A stretch of DNA of 62,324 bases, the filler included, from Choristocarpus tenellus KU-1152 (lineage: Eukaryota > Protista > Phaeophyceae), in assembly GCA_964200185.2 (NCBI GenBank). It is 9 parts of 9 records of this genome, joined end to end, with 100 filler letters (N's around TTAATTAATTAA, not from the genome) between each part and the next. Parts side by side here need not be neighbours in the genome. Positions count along the whole stretch, not along the records: positions 47,169 to 57,209 come from CAXNAD020003186.1; positions 57,310 to 62,324 come from CAXNAD020012153.1; 7 more parts are not named here. The stretch is one strand, 5' to 3'. Below, one piece after another: positions 50,201 through 62,324 of the stretch (its first letter is position 1; every line of letters begins with the position of its first letter). A program made the position numbers and the translations under genes. Below the pieces are notes generated by a model. It did no database searches and was not told where the DNA came from. It saw only the letters and a list, made by a program, of their open reading frames with translations.

Positions 50201-53200
50201 GACTCTACCCTCTAAGATACTTTGTCTCCTCCCTCACCCATATGCAATCATCCAGCCACAGCAAAGGACGACCCTCTTGGTGATAATCGCTCCTAGGAGA
50301 GCATGGGAAACTCAACTTTCATTGCTGCATTGGACAACATATTGTTCCACCGTTTAGCCACGCTAAAACATAAAAAATACTTTTTCTCTCCTTTCTGGGC
50401 ATTTGGGCCCCAAACGACATACATACTCCAGAAAGAGTTCCTCAATGATCTCTATCGCTTTTACTCTACCTGATATATCGCTGCCTGTCCCCTGCCTCAT
50501 ACCATCCCCTTCCATCAGGTTGCATTCCGAGGATTCCGCTGTCGAAACGCATATAAAACGTTTCATAGAAGGCGTGGCCACGCGGCAACTATGCTGCAGT
50601 GTCTTCACCGCCGTAGCACTGCAATGGCAATAGCCAGGGAGTTGAGGGATCAAATGCATAGTGAGTGGGAGCAGCTGTGGGACGAGGAAGAAGAAATGTT
50701 CTACTACTTTCATAAGGTATGAGGCTGCTGGGAACACAACAGTATACACACAAGCATGCACAACAGCGCATACAGTGACACAAATGTCGTTACAGCTACA
50801 CACACTAAGTGCACAGTCCCCCTCCTTTCCCCAACTCATTATGTTTATCAGAAAACAATGGAATCACAATGGGAAAACCCACTGGTGCCTTTCCGCCCCA
50901 TGATACGAGATCGTCTCTCAGCGCGGCTAATGCAGGCTTGGCCCCAGCTAGAGGATGACGGCTTTGAGGCAAGAAAGTTCACACCCCAAAAGCAGAGTTC
51001 ATTATAGGGATCTGCATTCTTGAACTTTTGAAAAGTCTTACCATCAGTAAGCATCAAGTGCAACCGAGCAAGTAATAGCCTAGTGCAGTAAATATGCAAC
51101 ACTTGTGTGTACGTAGTATGAGTTGCAAACTGAAGCAAATTCAATTGCAAATGTACTGCAAATCATCAGTGCACTTTTAAATAGCACTTGAGTATTACCT
51201 TAAAACCTTTCAGATTCATGAAAATATAAAGAGCATCTTCTACATACATGTAACAAAAGCATCAAATAATGTGCTGATTTTTCATATCATTGGGAATCAG
51301 TGACATCATCTGAAGCTCAGCAAAATGCTAGCGAAATTTGCGCCACTAGTCCCATCTCGTGGAAATTAGTGCAATTGCTATTGCATTTGACTGACTTATC
51401 ATTATCACCTCAGACATTCTTCCCCTTACTGGACATTCCCAGTAATGCCATTGTTGAGCAGTATGTGAGGTAAGAGTATCAAGTATTTTATCTCGCGGAG
51501 TCATTTGTTTGGAGAATATATGTTAAAGATCCATTGATTCTCGACCCTTGCTTTCGAGCTACTTGCTCTATTAATACCACCAATACATTCTTATTCTTCC
51601 CAATGCCTCAAGGCCTGTTCCCTTCACCTATTGGTACCTCACACCTCCCCTCAATACCCTCTTCCCACACCTATACACCCATGGATGCTCAGGGAAGCGA
51701 AGCAGAACCAGGGTTCTGCATGAAATGCAAGATTGAGAGGGCGACTAGGGTTTGTGACCAGTGCGTGCACAAGGACAAATTCTCATGGCATCAGGGACGA
51801 TGGCATTTCTGTTTTGCCTGCTTTGTGGTGAGTACTACTTCATATATAATCACCCGGCGGTTGAAGAGGGGGGGAAAGGCCTAGGAGAGAAATGGTCGAC
51901 TCACGAGTTTTGCACTGCCTTTGCTATAGCTCAGCGGATATCAAGAGAAGAGCTCGACTTTTGTGGAAAAGGGGATCTCTTATGGTCAATCGTTCAGGTA
52001 GGATTGTACCAAAGAAGCTTCACCGACCACAGTCTTTCTTTGGGATACGTTTATGTACAGTGGCCTACCAGCTTGCATCTGCTTCGGCTATAATAAAAGA
52101 TAGGCACACCCTCTTGTGAAGTATGGCACATACTGGTGATGACAAGAGATATATATTGAAGGAAAGGGGAGCTAACAATGCCTGCCTGGTGCAGTTGCCG
52201 CCTAAGACTACAGTAAAGTGATATGCCAGGTTTGTTTTCCTCCAACAGGCTCCACCCTGAAGCCATGAAGAGAAAGGTGGTGGCAATGTAGTGCATGTGG
52301 CACAATTGAAGCTGAATATTTGTGCATGTACTCCATTTGCGTGATGTACTGTAAGGCTATCGACAGTTCAGTTCTATTTGGGTCAAGTGGACCAATTGCT
52401 CACTAAGACTCATCCAAGACTATGTTGAGTCGTGTTTTTCGTCCACTGACCAATAATAACCCATTATTACCTTTTAGGAGTATCATGTGGGACAGAAACA
52501 GCTTAATTATCATACATACACTCCTGTGGAAATTCCTCAACCGAAACATCTTGAGTGCAGCCTCTGTGGGGAGCTGGCTACTCGAAGGTGATAATTGTCA
52601 GCAAGTACGGGAAGGAGGGCAGGAGGGGGAATTGAAAAGGTTGAAGGGGGAAGGAGAGAATGAAGTGATAGTAGAGTCATCCTAGACAACAGTTTGACAG
52701 GTTGTTCCAAGACAAAACTATGTGTATGACATTAGCAAGAGGAAGTTGCTCATACTAGGACAGGTCAGCGACAGGTGTTGGCGACACAGGTAGCCGAACA
52801 GAGAGTCAACATATCAGTGACAAAGGTTCACATCTCGACCAGTCATATACTCAGCATTCGGATATATATTACAGGACTTGGTGAACACATTTTCATTTTG
52901 TACTGGGTTGTACTGGGAATTTGTAGTTATCCATGTCCTTACTGGTGGGATGTCTCCTCTGGTATCTATTGTTTCAGGTCCAGCATACCAAGTATTGTCC
53001 CTGCTCTGTCGATCTCTTCCTGACATCATCTTATCCTGCACCCCCCTCTCCCTCCCCTCTTCCCTACCCGCCTTCTCCTGCCACTTCCATTCTCCCAACA
53101 CCCCAAATCTGGTATCCTCCTCCTATTAAGACATTTCCCTAACCTTGCCCTAATCCCACCTATCCATCCTTGTTCAAGATGTATGGGATTGGACCTTCCT

Positions 53201-56200
53201 CAGCAAGCTTTCGACGTGGCTTCTCACCAACTGACTCTTGCCCTGGCCAGCTCTGCAACTGCTTCCAGCGGGTGTACAGTCCCAACCTCCATCATTTCTC
53301 AGTCAGTTTCAGCGACCTCAGAAAAAGATCATGTCGGAAGTGAAAAGAAGAGACCTGACGGTATCACCAGCAAAGAGGATGGCAATTGCAGTAGACCTGT
53401 GGTAGAGACAGAGACTAAGAAGCAGGAAAAAATTGGATCTACCTCACCCGCTGCTATGGGATGGTCCTCCATACCAGTAATAGCAATGGCAACAGGTTCA
53501 GCCCCAATGACTGTCCAGGGAGGAGCAAAGGCAACATTAGCTTCATCAAGTGGAGGGACAAAAAATTCCAGGACTGAGATTACGTTTGACGGAGATGAAG
53601 GTGGGAGAAATTTAGGTGGGAGTAATATAGTAGTGACTGAGAGGAAGCGTGGCCCTCCAGTGTCTCCAGAGGAGTTCGCTGCTGTGCTTCATCAATGCTG
53701 TCTCCCATTCAGCCCTGAGTGGGGTAAGGCCTGTTATGCTAGCTGCATGGGGCCTGGACCGGCATCAAAGAGGTCATCCGTCGAGTTCTGGACGTTCTTT
53801 AAGAACATGCTTGAGGGCACCAGAGATGAATGTGATGACGTCTTTTGCAGGTACATTCCTGGAACATACTACCTTGGAAGTCCCCTGATTTAATAGGTAT
53901 TATATTGACACTAAGGGAATCAATATGTAACTGTTATTTTTGCTTGAAATCCATGTGTCCACAACACATGCTGAAAATTCCGACTGCTTTATTTGCACCC
54001 TTACCAGTACAACCCCTTACTTGAATGTACCTCTTAGCAATTGCTGGAAATCACTCCATTCAAAGGGACTGCGCGCAAAGCATCGGTGGTTCGGATTCAC
54101 TGCGGGGGCAGAAGTTTGCGTGGCCTGCCAAAGAACCCCGGCTGAGAGAGAGTGTGAAGTATGCAGAGACCTTCTCTGTGCCGCATGCTTCACTGCCAGG
54201 TCTTGACAAAGGGATAATGGGTTGGGGATCAATTCAGTGGGAGGAGGTTATGATTGCTAGGTTAGGAATTTTTTTTGTACAATGTTGAAACTTTGCACCT
54301 CCAACATAGAATAGATACAGCACTAATCCCTACACTAACCCTAGCACTTTGTGTATATTCAAATGTGTACATACCTTGCCCAATTATTGAACGAGAAAGT
54401 CATGCGAGAGGGAAAAAGAGGCGCCACAGCTGGATACATGTCCAACAGGATCCTGCTGGTGATCCACGATGCCACCACTGCAAGTACAGAGCAGGGGATA
54501 GGACTTGTGGGTATTGTGGTGCTAAAATGTGCGACTCTTGTGAGACGTTTGTCCACCCCAGAGTAAGTCAGAGCAAAAGTACCTTAGAGGGTAGGGATGC
54601 GTCCATTTGGGGGCCAAAATCCAATTTTGTGATTTTGATGTAATTTTGGCTATCGTGTTTTTTAGGAAGTGTCAATATCCTTGTTCCGGACACACCTTTT
54701 CGTGATGTATACATTTTACATACTACAAACCAGTTCTTGAAATCCCATGGGAAGCCAAGCCCCAAATGGACAAACAGGAAAAAATTCGTACCCTCTAAGA
54801 TGTTTCACTCTCAGGGAGGGGAGGTATAGGGAGGAGAGAAGGCGATAGGTGACAGGGGTGTGCGCTCTTCTTATTGTGGCAAGATGTTGGGTTTGACAGC
54901 CTCCTCCTTCCAAGTTTCCATAACTTTTTTTGTATATCAGAAATATATGCTCGTTGAAATCAATTCTCAGGTCGAGTAGAAAAGAGATTTTTTTTATCAT
55001 GCCTATTTTCCCTCCCTGTTGAGATAGACGAAAGCACAACCACAGATGCCATTCCAGTGTGAAATATTTGAATGCTACCAATCCCTTCCCCAGTTTCGTA
55101 CCAAATATTTCCATTATCTTCCCCTCAAATCAAATCAAAATATCATGCTCCAAACAGCATATGCCAAATGTTGAATATGTCACACCACAAGTTCTATTAC
55201 TTCAAGGTCTTCACCATTATCCCACTTTGTACCCATCATACAAAGTCGACAACACCCACTATGCCATTCTCCTGCTTTGCACCTTTGCTACCACCGGAAA
55301 ACTGCAGGAATGCAAACGGAGGGGTCAAAAATCAGGGTCTGTCAAGGTAATGTCCACTGAACAGGATGGAGTAATGCAGTATTTCTTTGGAGGATCAATG
55401 TTGGGTGATGCCTTGGATCCTTGCCTATCACTTGCAGCCTACTCCGAGAGAGTGTATTTGTTTGGTGGGCTCCCAACATAGAGCTCTAGATCGCCATATG
55501 CATCTCCCTCTTCAAAAACTTGATTTGGTGTGATTTAATTTCCAGATCAGATCCCCTGATCCCAGCCTCACAAGAAAGTCTTTACGGTTGTTCAAAGCTA
55601 TCCTCGAGTTACTTCCTTCCTTGTGCTTCTGTAAGGTAATTCTCATCACAATGAAGGACATTCAGAGAGCCCCTTGCAACTTTATGATGCTCAATCTAGT
55701 GGAAATGATGTACTCCTCATTCCTCAAGAAGCACTCCGCTCCCCCTACCCTCTCTTTTGATGAATTACTGTGGGAAAACAAGAGTGAAAGGGGGGAGGAG
55801 CATGAGGAGGAACATCAGATGGCTTGCTCACTCTGTGGGAAGATGCCAGATGTTGAGGTGAAGTTGGGGGCAGGGTTTCAGGAGAAGTTTTGTTGGTCGT
55901 TCATCAACTACCTCCTGCGTTTGCTTGCAGAATGAAGATCAGCAGTCTCTCAACAGAGCACAGCCCTAAAAAGGTCAAAATCAATCACGGCAAATTTCAA
56001 ACAAGAAAGGAAATGAGAACTGGATGGTGCATTCTAGCTTTGAGTTTAACAGAGCGTTTGGACTAAAAGGGTTCAGGGATGAGATTTACTAAACCCTCAA
56101 CTTCCTGCATTCAGTGAAAGTATGTATTGGAACCAAGTGGCAAGTTATACGGTAGGGTTTTACGCAGATCCTGGCATTGTAAAGTAGGAGAATGCGTTTG

Positions 56201-57046
56201 GTGCCTTTGATTTTTCTCTCAAGGGTGTAGAATTCATTTGAATACATTTTGCGTAAGGCATATACACACTCTGACATTGCTTACCCACACACACATACAC
56301 TCAAGCACTACCACCTTCTTCGGCTTGACTCTGTTCTTCTGCTAAATTGTTGTGCCGTGAAATGCATTTAATCGCGCACTCCCCTGCACAAGGTCTGACG
56401 GATTTCTCCAATCACACCTGCAGATGACTTGAAGGTTTATACTACTGCTGCACTATACTCCGCTATGCCTTGAATGTTGCAGCAATCTCTACCCTACTTT
56501 CTACACCTTTTGTTTATTGAACTCTGGCATATTTTTTCCTCCCTTGATGCGAACTTGCGGTCCAGTGTGAGCAATGTGGTACAGTGTACTGCTCTAATAA
56601 GTGGGTAGGGAATCCAGGCTGCTTTGTACGGGATCACAAGAAGGGCAACCGTCAAAGGCACTCTAAGCGCATGTGAGATGAGTTTTTCTAAAAAGAGGAG
56701 AGCAAACAGGAGGAACCATGACTGCCTTTCCTGACCCTCTCTCTCACTCAGAATCTGCGCACACAATCACTAATGTTGCTGCTGTTAGACAACATAATTC
56801 CCCGAGTAATGAGGCACAGGAGCCCATAGCATGCTAATGTAAGCTTTCCACATGACTGTAGATGTCCCTATAGAAGGAATTGACATTTAACACATTCCTT
56901 CAAGTTAGTCCTACTTACTACACATAGTCAACCTGCATGGGGCATACTCTGAAATGCTTGTCCAGGTTACATTTTCCCCCCTCAGTATGGATCAACAGGT
57001 GCTACTTGCAGACGAAACCTTGCCAACAACTGAACATAGGGTTGAG
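47239..57046 (+). CDS. IQ-motif + WW-domain + multiple B-box-type zinc finger protein (3' end uncertain)
   Basis: Phase-consistent exons 47239-47501, 48515-48641, 49152-49778, 50519-50716, 50852-50968, 51693-51827, 52478-52587, 53179-53850, 54038-54199, 54400-54562, 55308-55346, 55819-55857, 56566-56672, 56986-57046. IQ motif IQVAFRGFRCR; WW domain EWEQLWDEEEEMFYYFHKKTMESQWENP; five CxxC..CxxC..CxxC..H(..H) units. Confidence 0.82.
47540..47806. repeat. ~135-bp direct duplication in an intron
   Basis: TGTTCGAAACTCCAAGTTGACTTCACAAGAGTTCTTTGGG...CACCTAATAATGACGATG occurs twice. Confidence 0.88.
49971..50228 (+). mobile_element. MITE family A copy in an intron, TSD CTCC
   Basis: TIRs present; CTCC on both flanks; lies in intron 49779-50518. 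Confidence 0.92.
54571..54810 (-). mobile_element. MITE family A copy in an intron, reverse orientation
   Basis: Reverse complement of family A; begins 8 nt after the GT donor at 54563; TSD imperfect (TCA shared). Confidence 0.88.
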
Positions 57047-57549
57047 GTCAGGGCAAGGCCATCATATGAAAAAGGAATCTTACACCTATGAAATATATAT
57101 CGTATGTATTGGTTCAATGGCTCAAATTATCTGGGGGGGGGGGGGGGGGGGGGGGCTACACCAAGGAGGCCATTCAGGGCCGACCCAGGAGAAGGGCGCG
57201 TACATTATCNNNNNNNNNNNNNNNNNNNNNNNNNNNNNNNNNNNNNNNNNNNNTTAATTAATTAANNNNNNNNNNNNNNNNNNNNNNNNNNNNNNNNNNN
57301 NNNNNNNNNAATGACCAAATAATAAATGAATAGTCAAGAAGTACAAATGTATTAAATCTAGAACTTCAAGGTTATAATGGTGTCTATGAAACCGTCATCA
57401 AGACATATCACCTGTAACAAAACCCCCTTCCAACATTTGCCCTGACGACAAGCATGTTAGCATGACACTCGCACCTCACGCACTCACTTTGCATTTATTT
57501 GACTCAACGTTCAGGATAAAACCTCCTACACCACAATCTCACACTCTTG

Positions 57550-58015
57550 TCAAAATAGGGTGCAGTCTTCAAAGGATCCCCCCCCCTTCAAAACCATGGA
57601 ACACAAATAAATACAAACGCAAAAATAATGTCTCACAGGCAGAGAGAAATAGGGTGCTGCCATAGAAAGGCTCTCCCTCCTTAAGATTTATGAACATATC
57701 GACAAATACAGACAAAAATATCTCACACTAACAAAATAGTAGGGTGCTGTCATAGAAAGACTCCAACCTTTCAAAACTATAATACAAATGAACACAGGTA
57801 CAAAACCACAATAACATTGAAATAGGGTAGCGTCATAGAAAGATTCACCCCCTTTGGAACTGTAAACAAAAACAAAAGGAATACAAGACACAAAAACGAA
57901 GTCTCACATAGAAAGGCTCCCCCTCCTTAAGAGATATGAACACAGAAACAAATACAGAAAAAATGCCTAAAAAGAACACAAAAATAGAGAGTGTCGTTAC
58001 AAGAAAGCTCACGCT
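57550..58015. repeat. Degenerate ~90-bp tandem array, 5-6 units
   Basis: Recurrent core ATAGGGTG....CATAGAAAG.CTC..CC followed by related A-rich segments. Confidence 0.7.
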
Positions 58016-59325
58016 GGTTAAAGTGCAAGAGAAGTTCATACACTAATCAAGTATAACACAACAGCGAATGAATTACCCTAGAGCGGTACCCATGGGTATG
58101 CTCTATGCTGATGATATGGGTATTTTGTATAAGACCTAATGAGGTTGGTCGGAATGATGGCAGTGGCCATGAAAGTGGTCAGGCCATTCAGGCTGGCCGT
58201 GGTTGGGTTGAAGATAGAGACCATGTGCCTTCTACCATCCAACAAGGCTGCATACGTTACGCGGATCTGGCGTTTGGGCCAGCACTACAGACAAAATGAC
58301 ACGCCAGTTCTCCTTGAAGGGGCCATCAGTGAAGAAGCTGGAATATCACTGCCGAGATTAATTGACAGGTTAAAAAATACTGGGTTTATTTCTGCATGTA
58401 CAGTCGAGTTGCTTTTGATAGGGTTAGGTATGCAACTTGAGCTTAAGATCCGAATGATCAATGCTCAGTACACAAGATTCTATTTTATTGTTGTATCAAA
58501 TGGATACTTCGCCACGCTCACTACGTGAAGTTTAGCTCTCACCACCACAAATTTCTCCTACTCTGTATTGCATTTCACAGACAGGAACACACCAATTACA
58601 CACTGTCCTGACCTTGTGTAAAGACTGAGTGTGAGAGCATAACGTCAATTGTGCGAAAATGTAAGACTCGTGTTTGCATGATCAGTTACACACATGGCGA
58701 CTTCCCAGCGTGTTCATGTTCACGAAAGTTACAGATTGAGAACGGAAATAAGGTGGACAGGAGAAGAACTGGGGTGTGTACCTCTAAGATGACCTATCCC
58801 AAGTACTGCGTGTTAGTGCACGTCACCTGGGTTTTTCTTTGTTACCCTGACGTACCTATACCGACTGTTTTTTCTTTCTTTCTTCTTGCACTGATATATT
58901 TATTTCATAGCAAATACTACTTAGAGAGTTTAGAACAATAGTGACGATACATACACTTGATTTAAATGTTATCATCACACAGGACCGAATCAGAGTGAGG
59001 AGTAGTTACCAAACGGATTCCTCGTGAAGAGTAGGCGCTGTTAGACATTATAATCCCAACAATCCGTCAAGCACAACCCCTACTACAGGTATAACAAAAC
59101 GGAGAGGCCTTTCATACTAAAGTTGATACAGTGCATGATACGTGAACACGGCTTCCTATGACGCATTGACACCTATTTATAAACAATACCACTTCTGTGT
59201 TTTAGAGTATACCTAATCCAGGGTCAAAGTATCTGGGGGGGGGGGGGGGAGGAGGAGCACTAATGCATCCTAACTTTCTCTACTGGCACACTCTACACTA
59301 GATTCATGAATGTAGACTTAGCATC

Positions 59326-59462
59326 ACAAATGTACGCCTTTTCTCTCTACAACAAATGTCGCTACAACAAATGTACGCCTTTTCTCTCTACAACAAATGT
59401 CACTACAACAAATGTACGCCTTTTCTCTCTACAACAAATGTCGCTACAACAAATGTACGCCC
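59326..59462. repeat. 41-bp minisatellite, ~3.3 copies
   Basis: Unit ACAAATGTACGCCTTTTCTCTCTACAACAAATGTCRCTACA. Confidence 0.92.
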
Positions 59463-60464
59463 CCACCTGTAGCCAAGATGTCAGTTAAAAGTCATTGCAA
59501 TATACAAATAGTAACAAACACAGCAAATAATAAATCAAATGTATGTATATCAAATGTATGTATATGTATAGTTTTTTTTGCAACTAAAACTTAAAAATGA
59601 CATTACAACAGATGCCTGTCAAATGGTGAAAATATTCACAGGACAATTGCATTACTGCAACTACACCAGAATACTACTACCACTACCACTACTACTACCA
59701 CCACTACTGCTGCAACTACTACTATTACTACAAATGATGAGAACATTAATATTAATAATAACAATATTAATGACAAAAACAATAGCGACAATATAAATAA
59801 TAATAATTAAAGTAGTAATAAAAATGATAGCATGACCTTCCCTTCAAAGCACGCCTCCATTTCGATCAAACACACAGAGAAAGATCCATCTCACACCTCG
59901 CACATTCAAAGAACAAAGTAGAGCCTCTTTCACAACTCTGCCCATAAAGCGACTCAGATTGAACTTAGTGTTAGGGTTCACAACGAACAAAACAGTAAAT
60001 GCAATAAATAACCCTAACCCTTGGTATCATTCAAGTCATCCTAATCTTTTCCCCCTTTCATTACCTTGGTGTAGCCACTATCAGGAGAAGCCTGGCTGGC
60101 CTTGTTGAGGATCACCACATCCTCTGCAGTCACCTTCGAAGGCGGAGGCATCAATCGAGTTAACAAGACAGAAGACTATCCATACGATCTCTCTTCAAGG
60201 GGGGTGGGCAGGGTGGGTGGGTGGGTGGGTGGGGTTGCAGCCACTGGAATTGTAGAAAGCATTTTTTTCTGTTCTTTTTTAATGGAAGATTTTATCACCG
60301 TTTTAAAGAGAATTGTAATAATTAAATATTTTCAATTCAATTACAAAAAAAAAAAAAACTCGACTGGGCAAAACCACTGTGAAGAAAAGGTTGTCAGGGA
60401 GGAGAGGAGAGGAGGGGAGGGGAGGGGAAACACCTTCCCAATAGACTAATTGCATATCCCGTAG

Positions 60465-60745
60465 CAATAAATAACAAAATAATAAACAGTAAATAGTAAA
60501 ATAATAAATAGTAAACAACAAAACAATAAACAGTAAATAATAAAATAATAAACAATAAATAACAAAAAAATAAACAGTAAATAGTAAAATAATAAAGAGT
60601 AAACAACAAAATAATAAACAGTAAATAATAAAATAATAAACAGTAAATAGTAAAACAATAACAAAAAACAAAATAATTAATGGCAAAACGATAAATATTA
60701 AAAAAATAAGTAGAAAAATAAACAAAAAAAGTAATAAAAATAAGG
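60465..60745. repeat. A-rich low-complexity minisatellite
   Basis: Repeats of AAAATAATAAACAGTAAATARTA; source of the spurious hydrophobic minus-strand ORFs. Confidence 0.85.
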
Positions 60746-61142
60746 AAATGAAGCTACCTTCGACTGTTGAACACACAAAACCACAGTTACAATCCGTGTA
60801 ATATATAGAGCTTTACATAGCCTCAGAAACCAATTTCAAAACCCTAACCCTAACCCTAACCCTAATCTCACTATTTGAAAAAAACGCCTCACAACACCAC
60901 TAACCCCTACTCCCTGGTCTCTATTCCTTTCAGTAACAACTCAGACCCAACCCCCACAAATCGCTCCACACACCTAAACCTTGAAATCTGAGCCACAGAG
61001 CCCTACATCTCAGCTCCAGCGCTTCATTCTGGGTCAGTTACAAACATATATCCCCTGCTACAATGGAGGCATTTTTTTTCTAAATGTTCTACAAGCAAGT
61101 TGTAACCTACACCTCAGATACTAACACTATTTGACTCCTACA

Positions 61143-61345
61143 TATACTGTTTGTGTATGATTTAGACAAAGATACTAGTCCTATTTAATTCTTCTGTATA
61201 CTGTTTGTGTATGATTTAGACAGATACTAGTACTATTTAACTCTTCTGAATACTGTTTGTACATGATTTAGACAAAGATACTAATACAATTTAACTCTTC
61301 TGTATACTGTTTGTACATGATTTAGACAAAGATACTAATACAATT
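61143..61345. repeat. 52-54-bp tandem repeat, ~3.8 copies
   Basis: Units start at 61143, 61197, 61249 and 61303 (TATACTGTTTGT..ATGATTTAGACAAAGATACTA...). Confidence 0.9.
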
Positions 61346-62324
61346 TATTTAACTGCAGTGATGCTTGTTCAGGTCGTTGAGAGGTTAGGGTTAGGGTTAG
61401 GGTTAGAGGTAGAGGTAGAGGTAGAGGTAGAGCATTCAGCAATTAACCCCAGAGTAAAGACCAAAAAAGAAGTTGCAGTATGCCTTACAATCTTTGTCTT
61501 GCAGGTGAGATGTTGCCTGGGTGTATCTACCCACTTGTTAGCAAAAAAAAACAAACAGCGTGGATACACACACATAATATGCATAATATACATAATATGC
61601 AGACTTTAAAATATTAAGAATATTATTTTTTTCAAAAGAGATTGAGTCGAGACACTCAACTTGGGGTGCATGACAAAATGCGAGATGGAAATTATATACA
61701 CATAGTTATGTATGTTTATGTATTGTATGCATAATATGTTCATACAGTACAGTGACAGTGTTGTGAAGCATGGTGGATACACCCACATACCTATGTAAAC
61801 ATGTGTGTATATGTGGATATACTTGGTTCATGTATTAACCTTGTTACAGAACACTGTGGATACACATAAATATGTAAATGTAAGTACATGAACATACATG
61901 CATGTATGCAAAACACTGTGGATACACACAAATATGCAAGTGTAAGTACATGACATATGTATGTTCCCCCCATGGAGCAGCACAATCACAGAGAACAGCA
62001 AATACACTTACATATACACACATAAGGACAAATATTTGTGCACATACAATGCAGGCATTTACATGCACATATAAACAAGGCATGCTACACATGTACATAC
62101 ACATACTACCAGTACATTCTGCATAATCAGAGACACACCTTTGTAAAAAATATATAGATAATTGCACACACATATAGAGAGAGATGAGCATATATACACA
62201 TCTATGTATACACATAAGAGACACAATTTGAAGAACGCCTTCCACCAGCAGAGTATTTGAAGTAACAAGAACGGGGGTGGTACTGAGAGCCTCAAAATAT
62301 CTGGGGGGGGGGGGGGGGGGGGGG

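Noticed and set aside
57550-58015. Regularly spaced conserved core resembling a CRISPR array
   Set aside because: Repeats are degenerate, the intervening segments are related to each other, there are no cas genes, and the context is eukaryotic.
58139-60145. ORF 58139-58528 and an exon-like minus-strand segment VTAEDVVILNKASQASPDSGYTK at ~60065-60133
   Set aside because: Could not be assembled into a supported gene model or assigned to a family.
60303-60776. Hydrophobic 157-aa minus-strand ORF resembling a membrane protein
   Set aside because: It is the translation of an A-rich minisatellite.

Overview
Eukaryotic, intron-rich nuclear DNA, most likely an ochrophyte stramenopile. A brown-alga-like genome is inferred from the bipartite plastid-targeting peptide, the LINE families and the gene style. 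The window is not contiguous: it is nine contigs joined by eight artificial 100-nt linkers (44N-TTAATTAATTAA-44N), so adjacency only means something within a contig. Manual splicing recovers 11 protein-coding genes that the six-frame ORF track fragments: a Methyltransf_16-type methyltransferase, an M48/Oma1-like metalloprotease with a signal peptide, a degenerate HAD-fold protein, an ApaG/DUF525 protein with an N-terminal LYR-like motif, a plastid-targeted PDZ + [2Fe-2S] ferredoxin, RPB4, the C-terminus of a GBF1/GNOM-like ARF-GEF, a DUF2834-like membrane protein, the 5' part of PRP8, a BioD/Pta-N-like (AAA_26) protein and an IQ-WW-multi-B-box protein. Two related MITE families (4-bp TSDs, shared termini, Sola2-like) are abundant, and one copy is a fold-back chimera. 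Decayed non-LTR retrotransposon remnants, tandem repeats and short interstitial TTAGGG tracts are also present. The most interesting items are the LYR-ApaG fusion, the PDZ-ferredoxin, the MITE pair, and three GC-AG introns among about 45. All family assignments are from motif recognition by eye; no database search was run.
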